From the NCBI RefSeq assembly GCF_009914755.1, contig NC_060929.1: 64,000 nt of DNA. One strand, written 5' to 3'. The notes beneath the pieces were generated by a model, which did not search any database, was not told the origin of the DNA, and saw only the letters and a list, made by a program, of their open reading frames with translations. The DNA comes from the human T2T-CHM13v2.0 reference genome, Homo sapiens. The position numbers and the translations under genes were made by a program. Of this stretch, positions 36,710 to 53,366 are shown piece by piece (positions within the stretch are counted from its first letter, which is position 1; each line of letters opens with the position of its first letter).

Positions 36710-37289
36710 CAAACCTATCTTAAAACAAAACAAAACAAAAAACCTACTGAACATTTTTAGAGAATAACCATATGGAGAATTTAGAAGAACTTTAGGTTTA
36801 TAGTACCACAAGATTCCCAGTAGATATTCCATAAAAATTAATGGAGCACTTACAACGCATAATCTAGCAATTATTAAATCAAGAAGATATGCTGTGTTTC
36901 CTGTCCTCAAGGGGTTCACAGTGTTAACTGGATGCTCCCCATACAGCATCTCCCCTGCCTCTGAGCCTCTACCTCTGCTCTCCCAATCTTCTACATTTTC
37001 CATTCCATCTCTCCAGGATTCCTTCCAGTCTTTCCTGCTTTCCTAACTGTGGCTTTGCAGATGCTCATCTTTTTTGTCTGCTTTAACACTCCAGTTTGTC
37101 CCTGGCTAAATACTATTCATCTTTAGGCCGAACATTAAATGTCACCTCCTCCAAGAAGTTTTTCTCGACTACTCCTCCTTAAGTTTAAATTAGGAGCTCC
37201 CACTCTGTGATGCTGTAACAATGCACTCACCTTATTCTAACAGTGTCCTCACTATATATAACTGCTGGTTTAATTGTTCATAGTCCACC

Positions 37290-38129
<840 letters not shown>

Positions 38130-38948
38130 TAGCTTATCTGCTGCTGTATCACTGATGCTTAGAAAAATATCTGGCAGCATAATGTTAATTTCATCAATAA
38201 CTCTTGAATGAATGTGCAAATATATAAATACTCACAATGTATGGATTAAAAGAAGATATCCACCTCCAAAAGACCACAAATCATTAACCTCTGTGTTTGT
38301 TCCCAAGTCTTAGTCTAGGGCAGATTCAAAGTGTCCTAGGGCATCATCCTTCTTTTCTCTCTATTTTCCACCCTGAAGTAGATCCGGATCCTTAATCCCC
38401 AGAATAGAATCGTTATTTTAGTTGGAGGAAGATGTACACTCTTTAGATGTTTTCTTCTTAGTCTCTGATCATGTAATTTATGATGAAAAGTACACTTGTT
38501 TGGAGGGTAGTCTAAAAGTGGTGACTACCTCTCTCCACTCTAGTGATGTTTACAAGATTTTGAACCTTGGATATCAGAACTGTTTAAATAGACCATGGAC
38601 TCTGAGCATTGTGATCATGAATACAGATTGTCTGTTGAATATCAGGCATTTTGCTAGGAACTGGAGAGTCAGAAATGATGATGCAGAATAAATATATATT
38701 GATTTATTTTTAATTAGGCCTATGGGACCATGTCACTTTATGTGAGGATATTGTACTCCCAAATTTCTCTGCTTCTTTTCCACACCTCTGGTGAAATTCT
38801 AAGAACTTATCAATCAAGATATTTTCCTAAAAACATTGTATTTCTATGTTACACAAAGACATAAACAACCTTAGAGTCATGCTAGAAGTTATTTATATAA
38901 TAATAGAATAAAAATGTTAATCAAATAATAAAATTTTTATTTTAATTA

Positions 38949-39577
38949 TAGTCAGCCCTTTGTATCTTTGAGTTCTACCTTTATGGATTCAACCAACCAT
39001 AGATTGACAATACTGAAAATAAGAATAATAAAAAAGCAGGCCAGGCACGGTGGCTCACCCTGTAATTCCAGCATTTTGGGAGGCCAAGGCGGGTGGATCA
39101 CTTGAGTTTAGGGGTTTGAGACCAGCCTGGGCAACATGGCGAAACCGCATCTCTACAAAAAATAAAGAAATAAGCTGGGCATGGTGACATACACCTGTAG
39201 TCCCAGTACTCGGGAGGCTGAGGTCACAAGATTGCTTGAGCCCAGAAGGTCAAGGTTGCAGTGAGCACCACTACACTCCAGCCTGGGTGACAGAGCGAGA
39301 CTGTCTCAAACAAAACAAAACAAAAAAATACAAAGTAAGAGTACGATAATAAAAATAATACAAATAAAAAAACAAGGTGATATAACAACTATTTACATAG
39401 CATTTACATTATATTAGGTATTACAAGTAATCTAGAGATGATTTAAAGTATATGGGAGGAAGTATGTAGGTTATACGCAAATACTGCACCAGTTTATTTG
39501 AGGGACTTGAGCATCTGTGGATTTTGGCATCTATGGGGGTCCTGGAACCAAGCCCCACAGATACGGAGGGACTACTG
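38949..39577 (-). mobile_element. MER2 (TcMar-Tigger MITE) split by an Alu
   Basis: ggattcaaccaacc...catagcatttacattatattaggtattacaagtaatctagagatgatttaaagtata...gggggtcctggaaccaa...gatacggagggactactg; TA flanks. Confidence 0.9.
39039..39328 (+). mobile_element. AluJ-like element
   Basis: gattgcttgagcccagaaggtcaaggttgcagtgagc is J-type; (CAAAA)n tail. Confidence 0.9.
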
Positions 39578-42106
39578 TAGTAATAAACATGAAAGGCTGG
39601 TCAGTTAACTGTTCCTCTGACAATATGCATGTTAAATGATTTCAATGTATAACTGTAATTTCTCTTTTAATTTGGGACATATCCTCCTTCCTTTAATCTT
39701 TGGTTCCCTGAGGATGGTAGCAGACTGTTCATTTCTGTCTCACTCTCCCTTTCCTTCTCCAGGGTGTCCTGTTGAATCCACTCCTATGTCTTATGTGCAA
39801 ACTCATAATACCCAGGATAGTTTATTATATTTATTCTTGAATAAGAAAATATTTTAGGGAAAGAGGTAATTTAAAAAATGGAACGTACTTGCCAATGAGC
39901 AAATGTATTCTATTAGTAGAGAATTATAACCACCTTATAACAATCACAGTATCCCTCATTTCCAAAGCGTTCTGGAATGAGTAATAATCAATACCAGAGT
40001 AAAGAAAGAATTTTTCTTCAATTTAGTTAGATGATTTTTATTCACAAAAATATCTAAGTTGTTGAAAAATAGACCTTTGACTTTTAACTTGGGTTTATTT
40101 TTCAATTTGGAAAGTGCATGTAAGTTTGTTAATGTTAATTAGTAATTGTTGGGCTCTGAGGGGGTGCAGCATCTTCAGTCTGAGCTTATTACAGTGTAAA
40201 ATATGGATTGCCTTTACCCTAATGGCCTCTGAATCCTATTACCATCCCATTAGAGAGTGTGGGATTTTAGTAATTCTGTTGTTGTTTCCAGTGGGCAGTG
40301 AATATAATGGGGAAGGGCAGGGGTTAATGCAATTCATCTCTTTTAATACTTGTAACTCCAACTCCCTTATCACTCACTGAGGTTTCATTGGGTTTTTCCC
40401 CTTTCTTTCTATATCTTTAAGGCCCAATATATTTCTCTATGCTTCTCCCAGCCAGAATAGTTTGGGGAGTATTTCGATGATTCTTGGGTTTAAATAGAAT
40501 TTTCAATATTAGCCTTTCATAAACTGAAGATAAACAAATAAGGTAGTATGTCCGCTTGTTGTGAAACAGCCTGTCACTCAGAAAGGTTTTCAGTGACTGT
40601 CATTGTGCCAAGAATAGTATTGAAATGGCTCTTCAATCAAGATCATTTATAAGGCCTTTTGGAAGGAGAAGCATGATACCAGTGGGTCGGATCAATGCAC
40701 ACTAGTGTTCTGGGTATAATGTTTCCATGTGTTCCTGGAGACAGCTGTGTCCTGGGTGCTGGTGGTGCTAGAGAGAAGAATTGGAAAAGATTTCAAAGTG
40801 ATAGAAATTAGATTCCTTTAAAGAGAAGTTTATGAGCAATAGTTAATTCCCTACATCTCCAACATGCTCAGTAGATGTTCATGTCTGATTATGTATCCGT
40901 GGTTTTATTCATGAAATTTGTTTTTAGCTAATACAGCTTTTTTCGGAATAAATACGAACATCAGATTACTTCTCAGTATGTCAAAACAAATTAGTTTCCC
41001 ACAGTGATGCAGTGAAAGGTGTAACTATTTTCCCTTTTTATATGTCAGAAAGCATTACTGGGACTGGGAAATTCCTCTTTTTCCCCCCTTAGCCCGTGAG
41101 CCATGTGGTTTGCAAAGGTCTGCTTTAATTCACAAGCATGTTCACCTAGAGCTCCAGCACCTCCCTCTGCTGCCATTAGTGGGAATCACATGCTGAGATC
41201 CAAAGAGGCAACCACACTCAGAAAAGACTGGGAATGGCAGGAGGTGATCAGACCATTTCAATCTGTTGAAAGTGAGTGATATTCCCAGGGCTCATTGTTC
41301 ACCTTCTCAGAGAATTAAGTTTCCATATGTTTCATCATAAATGACATGAACGTGCAACATAACTGCAATATGCAAATGTCCACTGGATAACGTAATAGAA
41401 AACTGGATTGGAGAGGAATTCTCCTTGTCTCCGTATTCAAAATATCTTGATTGTCCACCTGGTTATGGCTAATAGGCTAAGCCTGGTGACAGTGCTTAGG
41501 TCTATATATAATAGTAGTTTGTGTATCTGCATTGAATATTCGTGCATCACATTTCTCCTTAATTTGAGGTATCACTTATATTTCTACACAGACTGTGAGA
41601 GCATTTCTTTCTCTCCATCAATGGGTGTATTGTGTGAAATTCATTTTAGAATGTAATTATGTAGTGACCAATACAATTAGCTTTCATCCAAATGAATTGA
41701 TATGAATAAGCATTGTTAAGGGATATTGTTTTCTTTTGATACTTAGTTACTTAGTTACAGACTACTTTTTAAATCCATTTCTGTTCCCACAATCACTTGG
41801 GAAGCTAAAACAAAACAACAACAAAAGAAATAAAATCTACTGTAAGTATATACTGAAGTAATAATCTTTTAAAAACAGCACATATACAAAAGACCATTAG
41901 CAGAAAATTACTGAACTCATGGAAATGACATGTAGATAGAACCTATGTAGAATTACTGGTTTGCAAAGGACAATATGAGGGATTCTGGTTACTCAACAAG
42001 TGGAATGTGGCTTTCTGTTTTTCATTTATGATTGGAACCCATTTAATTCATCTTGTCTGTTTATTCTTGGAACTTCCCTTCAGATCTCCAAGAAATATAA
42101 AAATCA

Positions 42107-42410
<304 letters not shown>

Positions 42411-44344
42411 ATTAATGATACTTAGGTTTCCATTAGAGAATGATATATTTACCATTGTCACAAAGCCACACAACCTTTCATGTGTTGTCTCTGTTCAGTG
42501 TTCCCTTAATGCATGATACACAAATTATTTAACAATAGTTGAATATTATCAAACTAGTAGTAAAGAAATTGGACTCTGCATAACACTAATAGTTTTATTT
42601 TTTAAACATGTGTCAGAATTCAAATATAAGTGTGAACTGTGTAGAGCACACAGGAATGCTGAGTGCCACATTATGTACCATATTGCATCCAATGCTTTTG
42701 TGGAAATATTCCCCAATAAGTTTATGATAGCAATAGAAATTAGCATATTTTAAAAATATATATTTTAAACTATAAAAGTAGAATTGCTCTTTCAGAAAAT
42801 TTGGAAAATTTAGAAAAAAAATTGAAGAGAATAAAAATTATTCATAATCCCATCCAAGTTTGTTTGTTTGTTTGTTTTTAACCCACTTAAACAGGTGAAT
42901 ATTTAAAAAATAAAGATTGTTTCTTGCATTCATTCTTATACAGTGGAAATTCTCTTATGCATTAAATAGCACTCAAAAACTTTACATTAATGTTCTATCA
43001 ATGTGTATGCCTTACAAATTCCATGATACTTAAAAATAACTTTCTTTAACATTTTATTTATAAAACTATAATAATATATTTATTTAAAAGAATTTGGAAA
43101 CAATATACAAACAAAAGTAAAATTATTTTGAAATGCTACCGTGAAAAGGTAAAAGCTTGAATAATTTGATGTATCATTTTACCATCTTTGTCTATGTAAT
43201 AAGTAATAATAGTAATTACTTTGTTTGATTTATATTTTAGTTATTCTACAGTTTTATGCTTATCTCTTGATTTACTTACCACTGAATTCTCTGCTTGATT
43301 ACATTTTTCTTAAAAAGTCAGATTGCAATATTTTTAGGATATAAGAAACTTCTGCTTGTTGTATTCATAGCCAATATTTTTTCCAAATAGTGTTTTTTGT
43401 TTTTCATATGAAAATCAGTTTTGTTTTCATATGAAGATATTTCAAATCTTGATGTAGTAAGGTCTAAGGTCTTCTTCTACTATTTCAGATATCTTGAATT
43501 GTTTCTCAGCTTTAAAAAAAATCCCCATTATAAGGTTCAATAAATGCGTACTATATTTTCTCCTAGCAATTAAAAAATAATGTTATAATGACATTAACTT
43601 GCTAAGTTACTTTAGAAATGCATGTATGTATGTGTGTGTGTGACATGAGGATCTAGTTTCTTAAATGGTTAATCCATTACTAGATATTTGCACTGTTACT
43701 ATACTGTTTTGTTATTGCAAGTTTATAGTAAGCTTAATGTAATAGAAGAACCACTCCTTTTTATTTTTTTTCTCCCAGGCATGTCTTGCTTAACTTTCAT
43801 CTTGATTATTCAGTTGTATCTGTATGTGTATGTAGAAAAGCAGAAAAATGGTGCCATGCCTCAGTAGTATTTTTTTCCTCTTTAACTTGAGTCTCTTTAA
43901 TTTGGTAAGGTATTTTTTTAGTCTCATTTTTGTTTCTTTGCTCTCCAATAAAACATGTTTTCCATTTTGAATATGTGGGTTTTGTGTTTTGACCCACTTC
44001 TCTTAGATTTGTCTTAATCAGGCATTTCTTCCTGGAATTGTAATTTAAATACCTATGTATTTGCATACAATGATGTAAGAAATTTCTCCCACATCTACTT
44101 TCTTCTCTTCTTGAGAAAACAATGCATATCTGTTAACAAAATGTTCATGATATTCATCTATCATGGGCCAAGTTCATCTTTTGAAATGTAACTGCACAAA
44201 GTACAATGCTGATCTAATATGGTTGGTCTTTATACATTTATGTCAGTAATAATTGCACTAAGCAAGCAAGAGAGTTCTCATTGCTCTAGCTTCCCCACGA
44301 TAAAATTTTGTAAGATGTAACCCATAGAACACCAGCCTAGTGCA

Positions 44345-44520
44345 AAGCTCTGCAAAGAAAGGGTTCCTTGGTGGAGTGAATTTGAGAATTAATTCATACA
44401 ATAGCCATATTTTACCAGTTTAGAATAACTGTTATCATATTAAAAGCTCTGACAAGTTCAACAATAAAGACTTGTTTGGTTTGTTTGAACCCATCTTCTC
44501 CCAGATTTAATGTATGACAT
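44345..44520. mobile_element. MER103C-like hAT fragment
   Basis: catattaaaagctctgacaagttcaacaataaagacttgtttggtttgtttgaaccca resembles MER103. Confidence 0.6.
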
Positions 44521-44829
44521 AAACATTTGCTATTTTTTGAAGACAGAGAATATTATTTGGTTTGATGGTTTGTATTTTATTGAGGGGTAAATATATAATC
44601 TATTACTCAACCTAGGAACTTACATTGAATACTCAAATCGGGCAGGCTTTCTTCCAATTAATTTCAGTTTCCAGTGAGTCTTGTTTCTTTTCAGTGTACA
44701 ATGGAAGATAACTCTAATCAGATCTTAAGAGACAATTCTCAAGGCATGTCACTCATTGGCCATTTATTTGATGATTAGTAGTGGTTGTAGTTGAAGTAGG
44801 CGGCAGTATTATACAATTATCATACATAG

Positions 44830-45010
44830 TAGCTCTATAACATCTTGCAAATAAATTAAACTCTTTATATATCAGTTTTTATTTTTTGTAAAATGGGAAC
44901 AGTATCCTGCAGGGGCTTGTGTACCACAGAAAGGATGCGTATATAAAGCCCTAACCCTATTTCTGCATAGAACAGCCACTCACAGAATGATAGTTGGCAT
45001 TCTCAATAAT
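44830..45010 (+). mobile_element. MIR fragment
   Basis: tcagtttttattttttgtaaaatgggaacagtatcc... Confidence 0.6.
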
Positions 45011-48000
45011 CATTGACAAGAAAAGTTAGCAGGATATATCCCCTGCTCTGATCCATCTAAACAATGGTGCAATAAGAAGTAACAATTTCATAATGCTTTG
45101 CAATTTACACATATTTTTATGTACGCTGTTGAGAGTGTAAGCATCAAAATAAAATAGGAGAACTGGAAAATACAGTGAGGGAGCTGAGATCAAGTGATAC
45201 GGCATTTGCCAGGAGGTGGGTATTCCATGCCACAGTATACACCAATACAGAATGAGGACAAGCGTTCATTCCTTCTAATGAGGACTTTACCTAGGTTGGG
45301 CACCAAAGGCTGTCACACAGTTGGATGGAACTGAATTAAAACGATATCAAAGTTCAGTTCCTCAGCTCCAAGTGCTTGCTGAGTTCGGCTTCTTCTCTGG
45401 TAACCCTCTTATGGAATGTGATTTTAAAAGCATCCCAAAGTTGTAAGTACCTTTGTGTCGTGTTGACATCTGATTCATCAGTGGGCAAACATTCTGCTAT
45501 TGTTACTGGAGCTCTGTTTTATCCTCCTGGAAGAGAAGCCCCAGCTCAGCAAGAGCGGTGTGGAAATGTTGGTAAACCCCTTTATTACTTTGAGTCTAGA
45601 CTACTGTAATTCTCCATTTGTGGGCCTTCTAAACTGGGTTATTTATAGGATGCAACTTAAGAGAACAAGGCAGCCCAGAGCCTTCCTGACATTTTGTCCC
45701 TTCAGCATATTTAAAACCATCAACTCAATCCTTATATTGGTTACCCATAAAATTTTACATTGATTGTGAAGTTGTTTTACTTACACAAATGGTGCCTCCA
45801 AGATGCGATTTCATTCTGCCTGTCTCACTGATTTTTCTTTTGCCCAACCCTGGTCCCTTTTAAAGACTTAAATTTGAAAGCTTTTGGTATTGTGCTATGA
45901 GCTTGAGGTGGGCATATTCAAAGTTATGTGGACTAGTTTTAGGTTTCATTGTATTTTTACAGATAAGCTCTTATTTACTTAAATAAAATACATATTCTTT
46001 ACCCATAAGAAAAACATACATTTGATTTTTTGTTTTTTTTCTGTTATACACATCATATCCAATGTGATTCCAATATAGATTCCAGTATTTTTCTAGGCAT
46101 ATCATATAAAATGTTTAATACAATGAGATGTATATCATACTTATTATTTAGTAGCCTACTTTTAACATTGATGTTATTGTGGTCTTTTTCTTTGTTTTAA
46201 AAACTTTATTTTAATAATTGCCTAATATTTTCTCTTAGAAACTCTGTGATTCATTTAATTCATTTGGAAATTATTCCTTAAGTAAGATTTATCAAGTGCT
46301 CTCACTTTGCATGGTCCTGCCCATAGCTTCTGAAGGTATAGTAACAGATAAAGATAGATACAGCTCACTTTCTGTGGAATTAATTCTGTAATGTTGGATA
46401 TTGGCTCTCCCTTCACTTTAGAGTATTATTACAAAAAAGATGACTTTGAGTTTTAATCGAATCACGAAGAATATTTGATCTGACCCTCTCTGTTCATTTG
46501 TGCTAAGAAAACAATTGTTTTTCTAAAAGGGTAATCACCTTGGAAAAGCTTTCCATGTTCTGCCCTCTTTTGTAGACCTTCTTCTTCTGATCATGTACCC
46601 TGGCTTGGTCATTTTCTTATGAACATAAATTCTGCCTTTCCCCTTGTTCCATGTAAAATAAAACTTTCTTTGAACTGCATCTGGAGAATTTAGGCCCTAT
46701 AAACCTTGGCCCTTTGCCAAATTGCATTTAGCCACCAGCTTAGCCCAAGACCGCAGAATCTGTGTCCATTGCTCTAGGCTTCTACCTATCCGGTAAGAGA
46801 AGTTAGGAATTGAGAGCTAAATTAAAGTTGCAAATATTTATCCTTATCTTCACTATAAGCTCTGGATTTGCCTTTCGATGATAATGCAAATACTCCATTC
46901 TTTGGGTCTGTCCACTGTGTTAATAGAAATACTCCTGAAATTGGAAAGAATCTCTCTGGTTACAAGCACTTCTTCCTGGTGTCGGAGATAAACCACCATT
47001 GTGGATCTTTGCATTTCTTTTCACAAGCATTCCTGGCATGGGTCCTCATAAAGCAAGAGTGCTTGGTACTTCTCCCTCGCCTCAGTGAAATATCCATGTT
47101 GTGGGCAAAACATGCTAGTAATATCATGCAGCTGTCATTGGGTGACAACCACATGTAGATTTAGAGATGACTGAGGTACCTGTCTTTGCTGAAATGTGAT
47201 GTTCCTCATGCATACTTAGACTCTTTTCATGAACATTCTTTAAGTTGTATGTTCCCTGCTTGATGGAAATGAACATTGTATAAAATTGAAGCAATTTAAA
47301 AATATACAGTATTTAAGAAAAACTCAAATTCCTTAAATATGTCAGTGGATTGGAAATCTGGCTTGATGCACCCACTACTAAAATTAAACTGTATTAAGAT
47401 CATATAATACAATGCCAGGTGTCAGCTTTCTGTTCCTTCTGTCTTTAGCCATAGAAGTTGTATTCCCCATTGATAGATAACATCAGACTTTGCACCTAAA
47501 TGCAATATGTGAGATGCAAATTTGAGAAAGCACATGGTATTTTATTTTAATCTTTAAAACATATAATCTACAAAAATATAATGCTTAGTCTAACCCACAT
47601 GGCAATGTAGTAGCTGAATATGGCTCTAGAAATGTGGGTTGTCATGAAACAAATCTCTCTTCTAGATATTGGAAATCAGATTCTATCAGGACATTCAATT
47701 TAGAAATAGTGTTTGCATCCAACTGTCCTTCTGTACAGATATGTAATTTCCATGTTTTGTTTAATGTAAATTACAATGTTTTTATTTGTTAAAAAGAGCA
47801 ATCTTTAAAGCCTAGAATCAGAATTGAATGTTTGTAATGTAATCGCAATTTTGAGGCATTCTTTGTCATTTATCTTTATAGGGTCAGGGATTCAGATAGC
47901 AAAGGAGAGAGGATTGTGCACTTTGGTGTCTTTTCAAATAGAAAGAACTAACCTCAAGCGGGGATTGTCTGTCTTCGATCATATGTTATCCCAGATGACT

Positions 48001-49349
48001 AAGAGGAAAATCTGATCCGTTCACTTATGCCACACTATTTTTGATACACCAAAGCCCTTGCAATTTTACTTACAAACACAGATTAGGAAGTGAAAGGTTG
48101 ATTGTTTCTGGCAGTTTGAAATGCATTATGTTTGTCCTGACCCCAGCTCAAATGAAAATAGAATGTTTCCAAATCTTCTAATGGTCCTGCAACTAAAATT
48201 ACTCATTTGAAACTGCCAGGACTGATCAGTGCAAAATCAAGCAGCCCTTTCTGGGTTCTTCATTTGGAGAACATCAGTTTCAAGGTTTTAAGATAATCAT
48301 CTCACCTTATTATCAGATAAATCTTCTTTTACATGAGCAGCTACTGTCTCTCAAGACAGCCTCTCACTTATTAAAAAGGGAAAAGGAGGGAAAAGCTACC
48401 AGGGAAAGAGACAATCAGAAGAAATGTCAGTAAAATGGAATCAAAAGACTATAAGATGTAAAATTACTTTTTACCTTTGTTAGTCATTTAGAACCACAGA
48501 AACTCTTAAGGTGCCAAGAAATATCGAGCCCAAAGCTGGCTTTTGAAATAAGAGGAAACCGAGGCCCAGAGAAAGAAAATGACTTACTCAGCAAATTGGG
48601 ATGATGGAGGAGATGAAACTGACTGGATTTTGTCCCATGATCAAGGTTTTTGACATGAAGTCTAACCTCAGCAAGATTCACAGCAAACAGACCTATTCTG
48701 AAACAAAAGATTAATTTTCAATCCAATTACTTTCTCAAAAAATACTAGCCCTCAAGTATTCATGAGATACGTCTTGTATTGCTGTTCTCATTGAGGAGAA
48801 TAAATAGAGAGCCATTTGGATTTCGTTAGTTGTTTAGTATTCCTTTAGCAATTTCAGACTTATTTGTGTCTGAGGAAGGAAGCCTCTTATATCAAAACAT
48901 GACACACAAACTAACAGCTGGTTTTGACATTGAACTTCAGATCTAGGGTTGGTAAGAGTATTTGCACTTACTGTTTGTAATGTACAAATAGATCCTTGTT
49001 TAAATCCTCAGCAAGAACAGCCTTGTGTAAAGCTTTATCCACCGTGTTTCCCTTCCCTCTCCTCCCCTATAAAATAAAGGAAGAAAAACTTCATTGCAGT
49101 CACTAAGCATGGGGATTACTGGAAAGACAGAGTGACTGTTTGGTTTAAATGTAATTTCAGTGTGTAAATGTTCACATCTACCTAAGGATATTGTTAATGG
49201 AAGCAAAACCTAACCCCCCTTATTTGATTTTGCCCTTCAGACTTGAATTTTTCTCCTAACGCTATTTTGTTCAGCATGCCCCAGTCCTCTTCATATGATG
49301 GCAAGTTCTATGTTAGATGGTTCAACAACTATTGGGGGTGCGACAGGAA

Positions 49350-49560
49350 TAGCAACACTGATTAGTGCTAATTAGGTGTCAGACCGTTTACTGTCATTAT
49401 CTGAAGTAAACATCAACAACTCTGAAAAGTAAATATTGTCCCTATTTTCTAGATGAAGGAACAGAGGCCCCGAAAGCCTGAATACTGTCTACGGTGCCCC
49501 ACAGTCGGAAGCAGGAGGCCTGGCTTTGACTCTGTCTAACCCTGTTCTCTCCATCCTACT
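49350..49560 (-). mobile_element. MIR
   Basis: caacaactctgaaaagtaaatattgtccctattttctagatgaaggaacagaggccc. Confidence 0.7.
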
Positions 49561-49706
49561 GGACTGTCCCCCCCAAGGACCTCCCTACAAACCCTCAGTT
49601 CCAAGAATGTCTTGAGCCAATTCCCATTAATCACATTGAGCTAGTTTCTATTGTTTCATCAGTGAATTTTCTGTGTTAATGGTAAAAAATAAAAAATAAA
49701 AATGCA

Positions 49707-50167
<461 letters not shown>

Positions 50168-50335
50168 TCAGAGCCTGGCTTTTCTAAATCCGGCTGCTTA
50201 TGCGAAAAGTTCATGAGCTCAGTCCTTCAGTTTTCAGTCCTCACACACATGGAGTTATGATGATTTCTCCTGGCCCAAATACTGACACTAGGACAAGAGT
50301 TGCTGGGGCAAATTTGCCATAAACACCCATACATA

Positions 50336-50371
<36 letters not shown>

Positions 50372-50674
50372 TTTGAGACAAAGTTTTTCTCAGTTGCCCA
50401 GGCTAGAGTGCAGTGGCACAATCTGAGCTCACTGCAATCTCCACCTCCTAGTTTCAAGTGATTCTCCTGCCTCAGCCTCCTGAGTAGCTGGGACTACAAG
50501 GCATGCACAACCACGCCTGGCTCATTTTTTGTATTTTTAGTAGAGACAGGGTTTCACCATGTTGGCCAGGCTGGTCTCAAACTCTGGACCTCAGGCAATC
50601 CGGCCTCAAGTGATCTGCCTGCCTCAGCCTCCCAAAGGGCTGGGATTACAGGCGTGAGCCACCATGCCCCATCC
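50336..50674 (-). mobile_element. Alu (AluS-like) with a short internal duplication
   Basis: (TTTTC)n-T tail, gagacaaag..., and gacctcaggcaatccggcctcaagtgatctgcc (duplicated segment at about 50588-50620). Confidence 0.95.
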
Positions 50675-53054
50675 CCATATGTAACTTTCACGAAGCTTTT
50701 GAGAACATGTAAAATTTTCCTTGGATACTGGGAGTGGTTCACTTTAAACAGAACAGATAAAATAGGCATTTGACACCATAAGGAGTCAGGGTGGTGGGGA
50801 GCAGGTGAGAGGACAGCAGAGAGACAAATGATAATTCCAGTGCTACTAATATATATGTGTAATTTTATGTTATTACATTATAATTAAGATTTGTTTTGTC
50901 ACACTTTAATATCTGAATGCTATCTTACTTTCAAACATATATGCATGTCATATTTCCATATTTTCATAGTATTCTGTACAAATCTCTCCCACCACACTAA
51001 CCTCATTCTCTCATAATTACCCATATACATACACACATGTGCATGCATGTGCACACATATATACTGCTTCCACTGGGCTGTGTTATTCACCTATAGTTCT
51101 TTACTGCCTGGCATATTCTGAGTAGACAGGCAATGTTGACTGAAAGAATGAATGAACAAACCTGTGAATAACAGAATACAACACCATCACACCCACATTC
51201 CATGAGTTTAGCTGCATTAACCCTTCTTGGAGTCAGAGAGATTGGTCCACGGGAGACCAGTGAAGCATGAAGGAGTGAGGCAAATCTGGCACATGGACAT
51301 CATATGTGAGCCACTGTCTGTTAACTTTCCATTTTTACTTTACGTACCAGGAGAGCAGATTGATATTGCATTTTAATTGTGTATATTAGAGGAAGGCATA
51401 TGGTTACAACATTCTCTTATTTACCTTCTGGAACATGAAATTTGTCATTTTGTTCCCAAAATAAAGGATTGAAGGGATAGTGCCTGCTTTTTACACAAGT
51501 TCAATTCTCCCTCATGTGCAAGTCTCCTGAGATGTGTAGCAAGTCGGTGCCAACATGAGGCTGGCACCATTTTCCTATTGCCATGGTGATCTCCAGCTCT
51601 CCTGAAATCTCAAGGGGGACTATGATATTTTAAAAGCAACTTGAATTTTGGTAATTAAAAAGGCTGCAAAGAATAATCTTTCTACATTTTGCCAGCTTGG
51701 GTAAATATGGATAGCAAGTGATGTCTAGAGAAGAAGGGTATTACTGTGCTTTATTACGTGGGTGACCCCGTGTTGGAAAATGAAAACCGTCATGAAAGTT
51801 ATGTGTGGAGTATTTATGGCAATTCAGAAACCTACTGTGAAATTTAAACTACATCTAATCACAACCTTCCTACAAACAGCTACTCTCTTGGAGTCACTAG
51901 TATTTTAACTTAAAGGTATGATGATCAGAGTTTGTTTTTGTTTTTTTTTTAATGTCGGAGGCAATGAGTAATAATGTAAATGTTGGCAGTTATCAAAGTA
52001 AAGGGGAAAAAAGTGATTCTCTTAAACTGGAAATTAAGTTAGACAAGCATAATTTATACCGCAGGTTAATCACTCCCTCCATCACGAAAGTTCTTACATT
52101 AAGGGTTCTTTTGAACTTCATTTGAGCAACTACGCTCTCCTAGCAAAGCCTCAAAGATTAAAGGGCTTTGTTTCACTTGAGAAGACAGTTGAAATTTTTT
52201 TAGGCATTCTTTTGAGCTATAAAATGAATGCTTGGAGTAGAGGAACATGGAAGCAGACATTAAAAGGCAAAACAATGTATGGGAGAGAAACCCAGGCTAG
52301 TGGAAAGAGAGTGCTTTCTTGTATCTTTGTGCATAGCTTTGTATATAGAATTTATAGCGGAAAATGATCAGCAGTTTAAGGTAGGGCTTGGGAAATTTTT
52401 TGGGCTGAGTGTGTGTTGTCTTATTAGGTAGGGTATGAAATCTTCAACGACAGAGAAAGAGAAAGGGTAGAACAATCCTCTTAAATTAGGAACTTCACAA
52501 ACAAATGCAGATTCCCAATTTGCAGATGGGCATTTTAATTGATTTTTTTTTTACAAAACCACCTACAACCTAATGTTTCAGAGTTAAAAATAAACCATAT
52601 AACTCTCAAGTGCTGTTTCTTCCACATAATTCAAATCTGATTATATCTGAACAAATCACCAACTGGAAGTGAAGAATTTTCTATGGATCAGTTTGATTCC
52701 ATTGGGAAAATACTGCCAGCAAAAATAGTTTGGCGGTCCCCGTGGCAAAACTTAGAAACCTGTTTTCTTGTTTTGAATCCCTCTGGGTAAGAGCCCTTAC
52801 CATGTTGCTCATAATCTTATTTAATGCCATTTTTAGCTGGTATGACCTGAAGTGGAATAGCCAGATGGTTTTGTTGGGTTTTTTTATTTGTTTATTTGAT
52901 TGATTTTGTGTTGTGTTTAGCACAGAGATTTGGTGATTTTTTAGAAAATTGTTCACTGCTTTTTGATTAGTGAAATATTCTGTGATAGCTGACAGATGAC
53001 TTGTGGAGTATAAAAGCACAGTGAAGTGGCTGAGAATATCGTTAAAGGTTTCAT

Positions 53055-53332
53055 GGCTGGGCGCGGTGGCTCACACCTGCAGTCTCCCACTTTGGGAGAT
53101 TAAGGTGGGCAGATCACTTGATGTCAGGAGTTCAAGACCAGTCTGGCCAACATGGTGAAACCCCATCTCTACTAAAAACACAAAAATTAGCCAGACGTGG
53201 TGGTGGGTACCTGTAATCCCAGCTACTCGAGAGGCTGAGGCGGGAGAATTGCTTGAACCCAGGAGGCGGAGTTTGCGTTAGCCAACACTGCACCACTCCA
53301 CTCCAGCCTGGGCGACAGAACGAGACTCTCTC

Positions 53333-53361
<29 letters not shown>
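53055..53361 (+). mobile_element. Alu (AluSx-like)
   Basis: ggctgggcgcggtggctcacacc...; about A29 tail; TSD aa(g)gtttcat. Confidence 0.95.

Positions 53362-53366
<5 letters not shown>

Noticed and set aside
36581-37003. 140-aa minus-strand ORF, and other ORFs with CVCVCV/HTHTHT runs
   Set aside because: Held open by (CA)n microsatellites and L2 sequence.
42600-43900. Very AT-rich stretch, possibly old L1M remnants (also about 34380-34760)
   Set aside because: Too degraded to assign a family or boundaries by eye.
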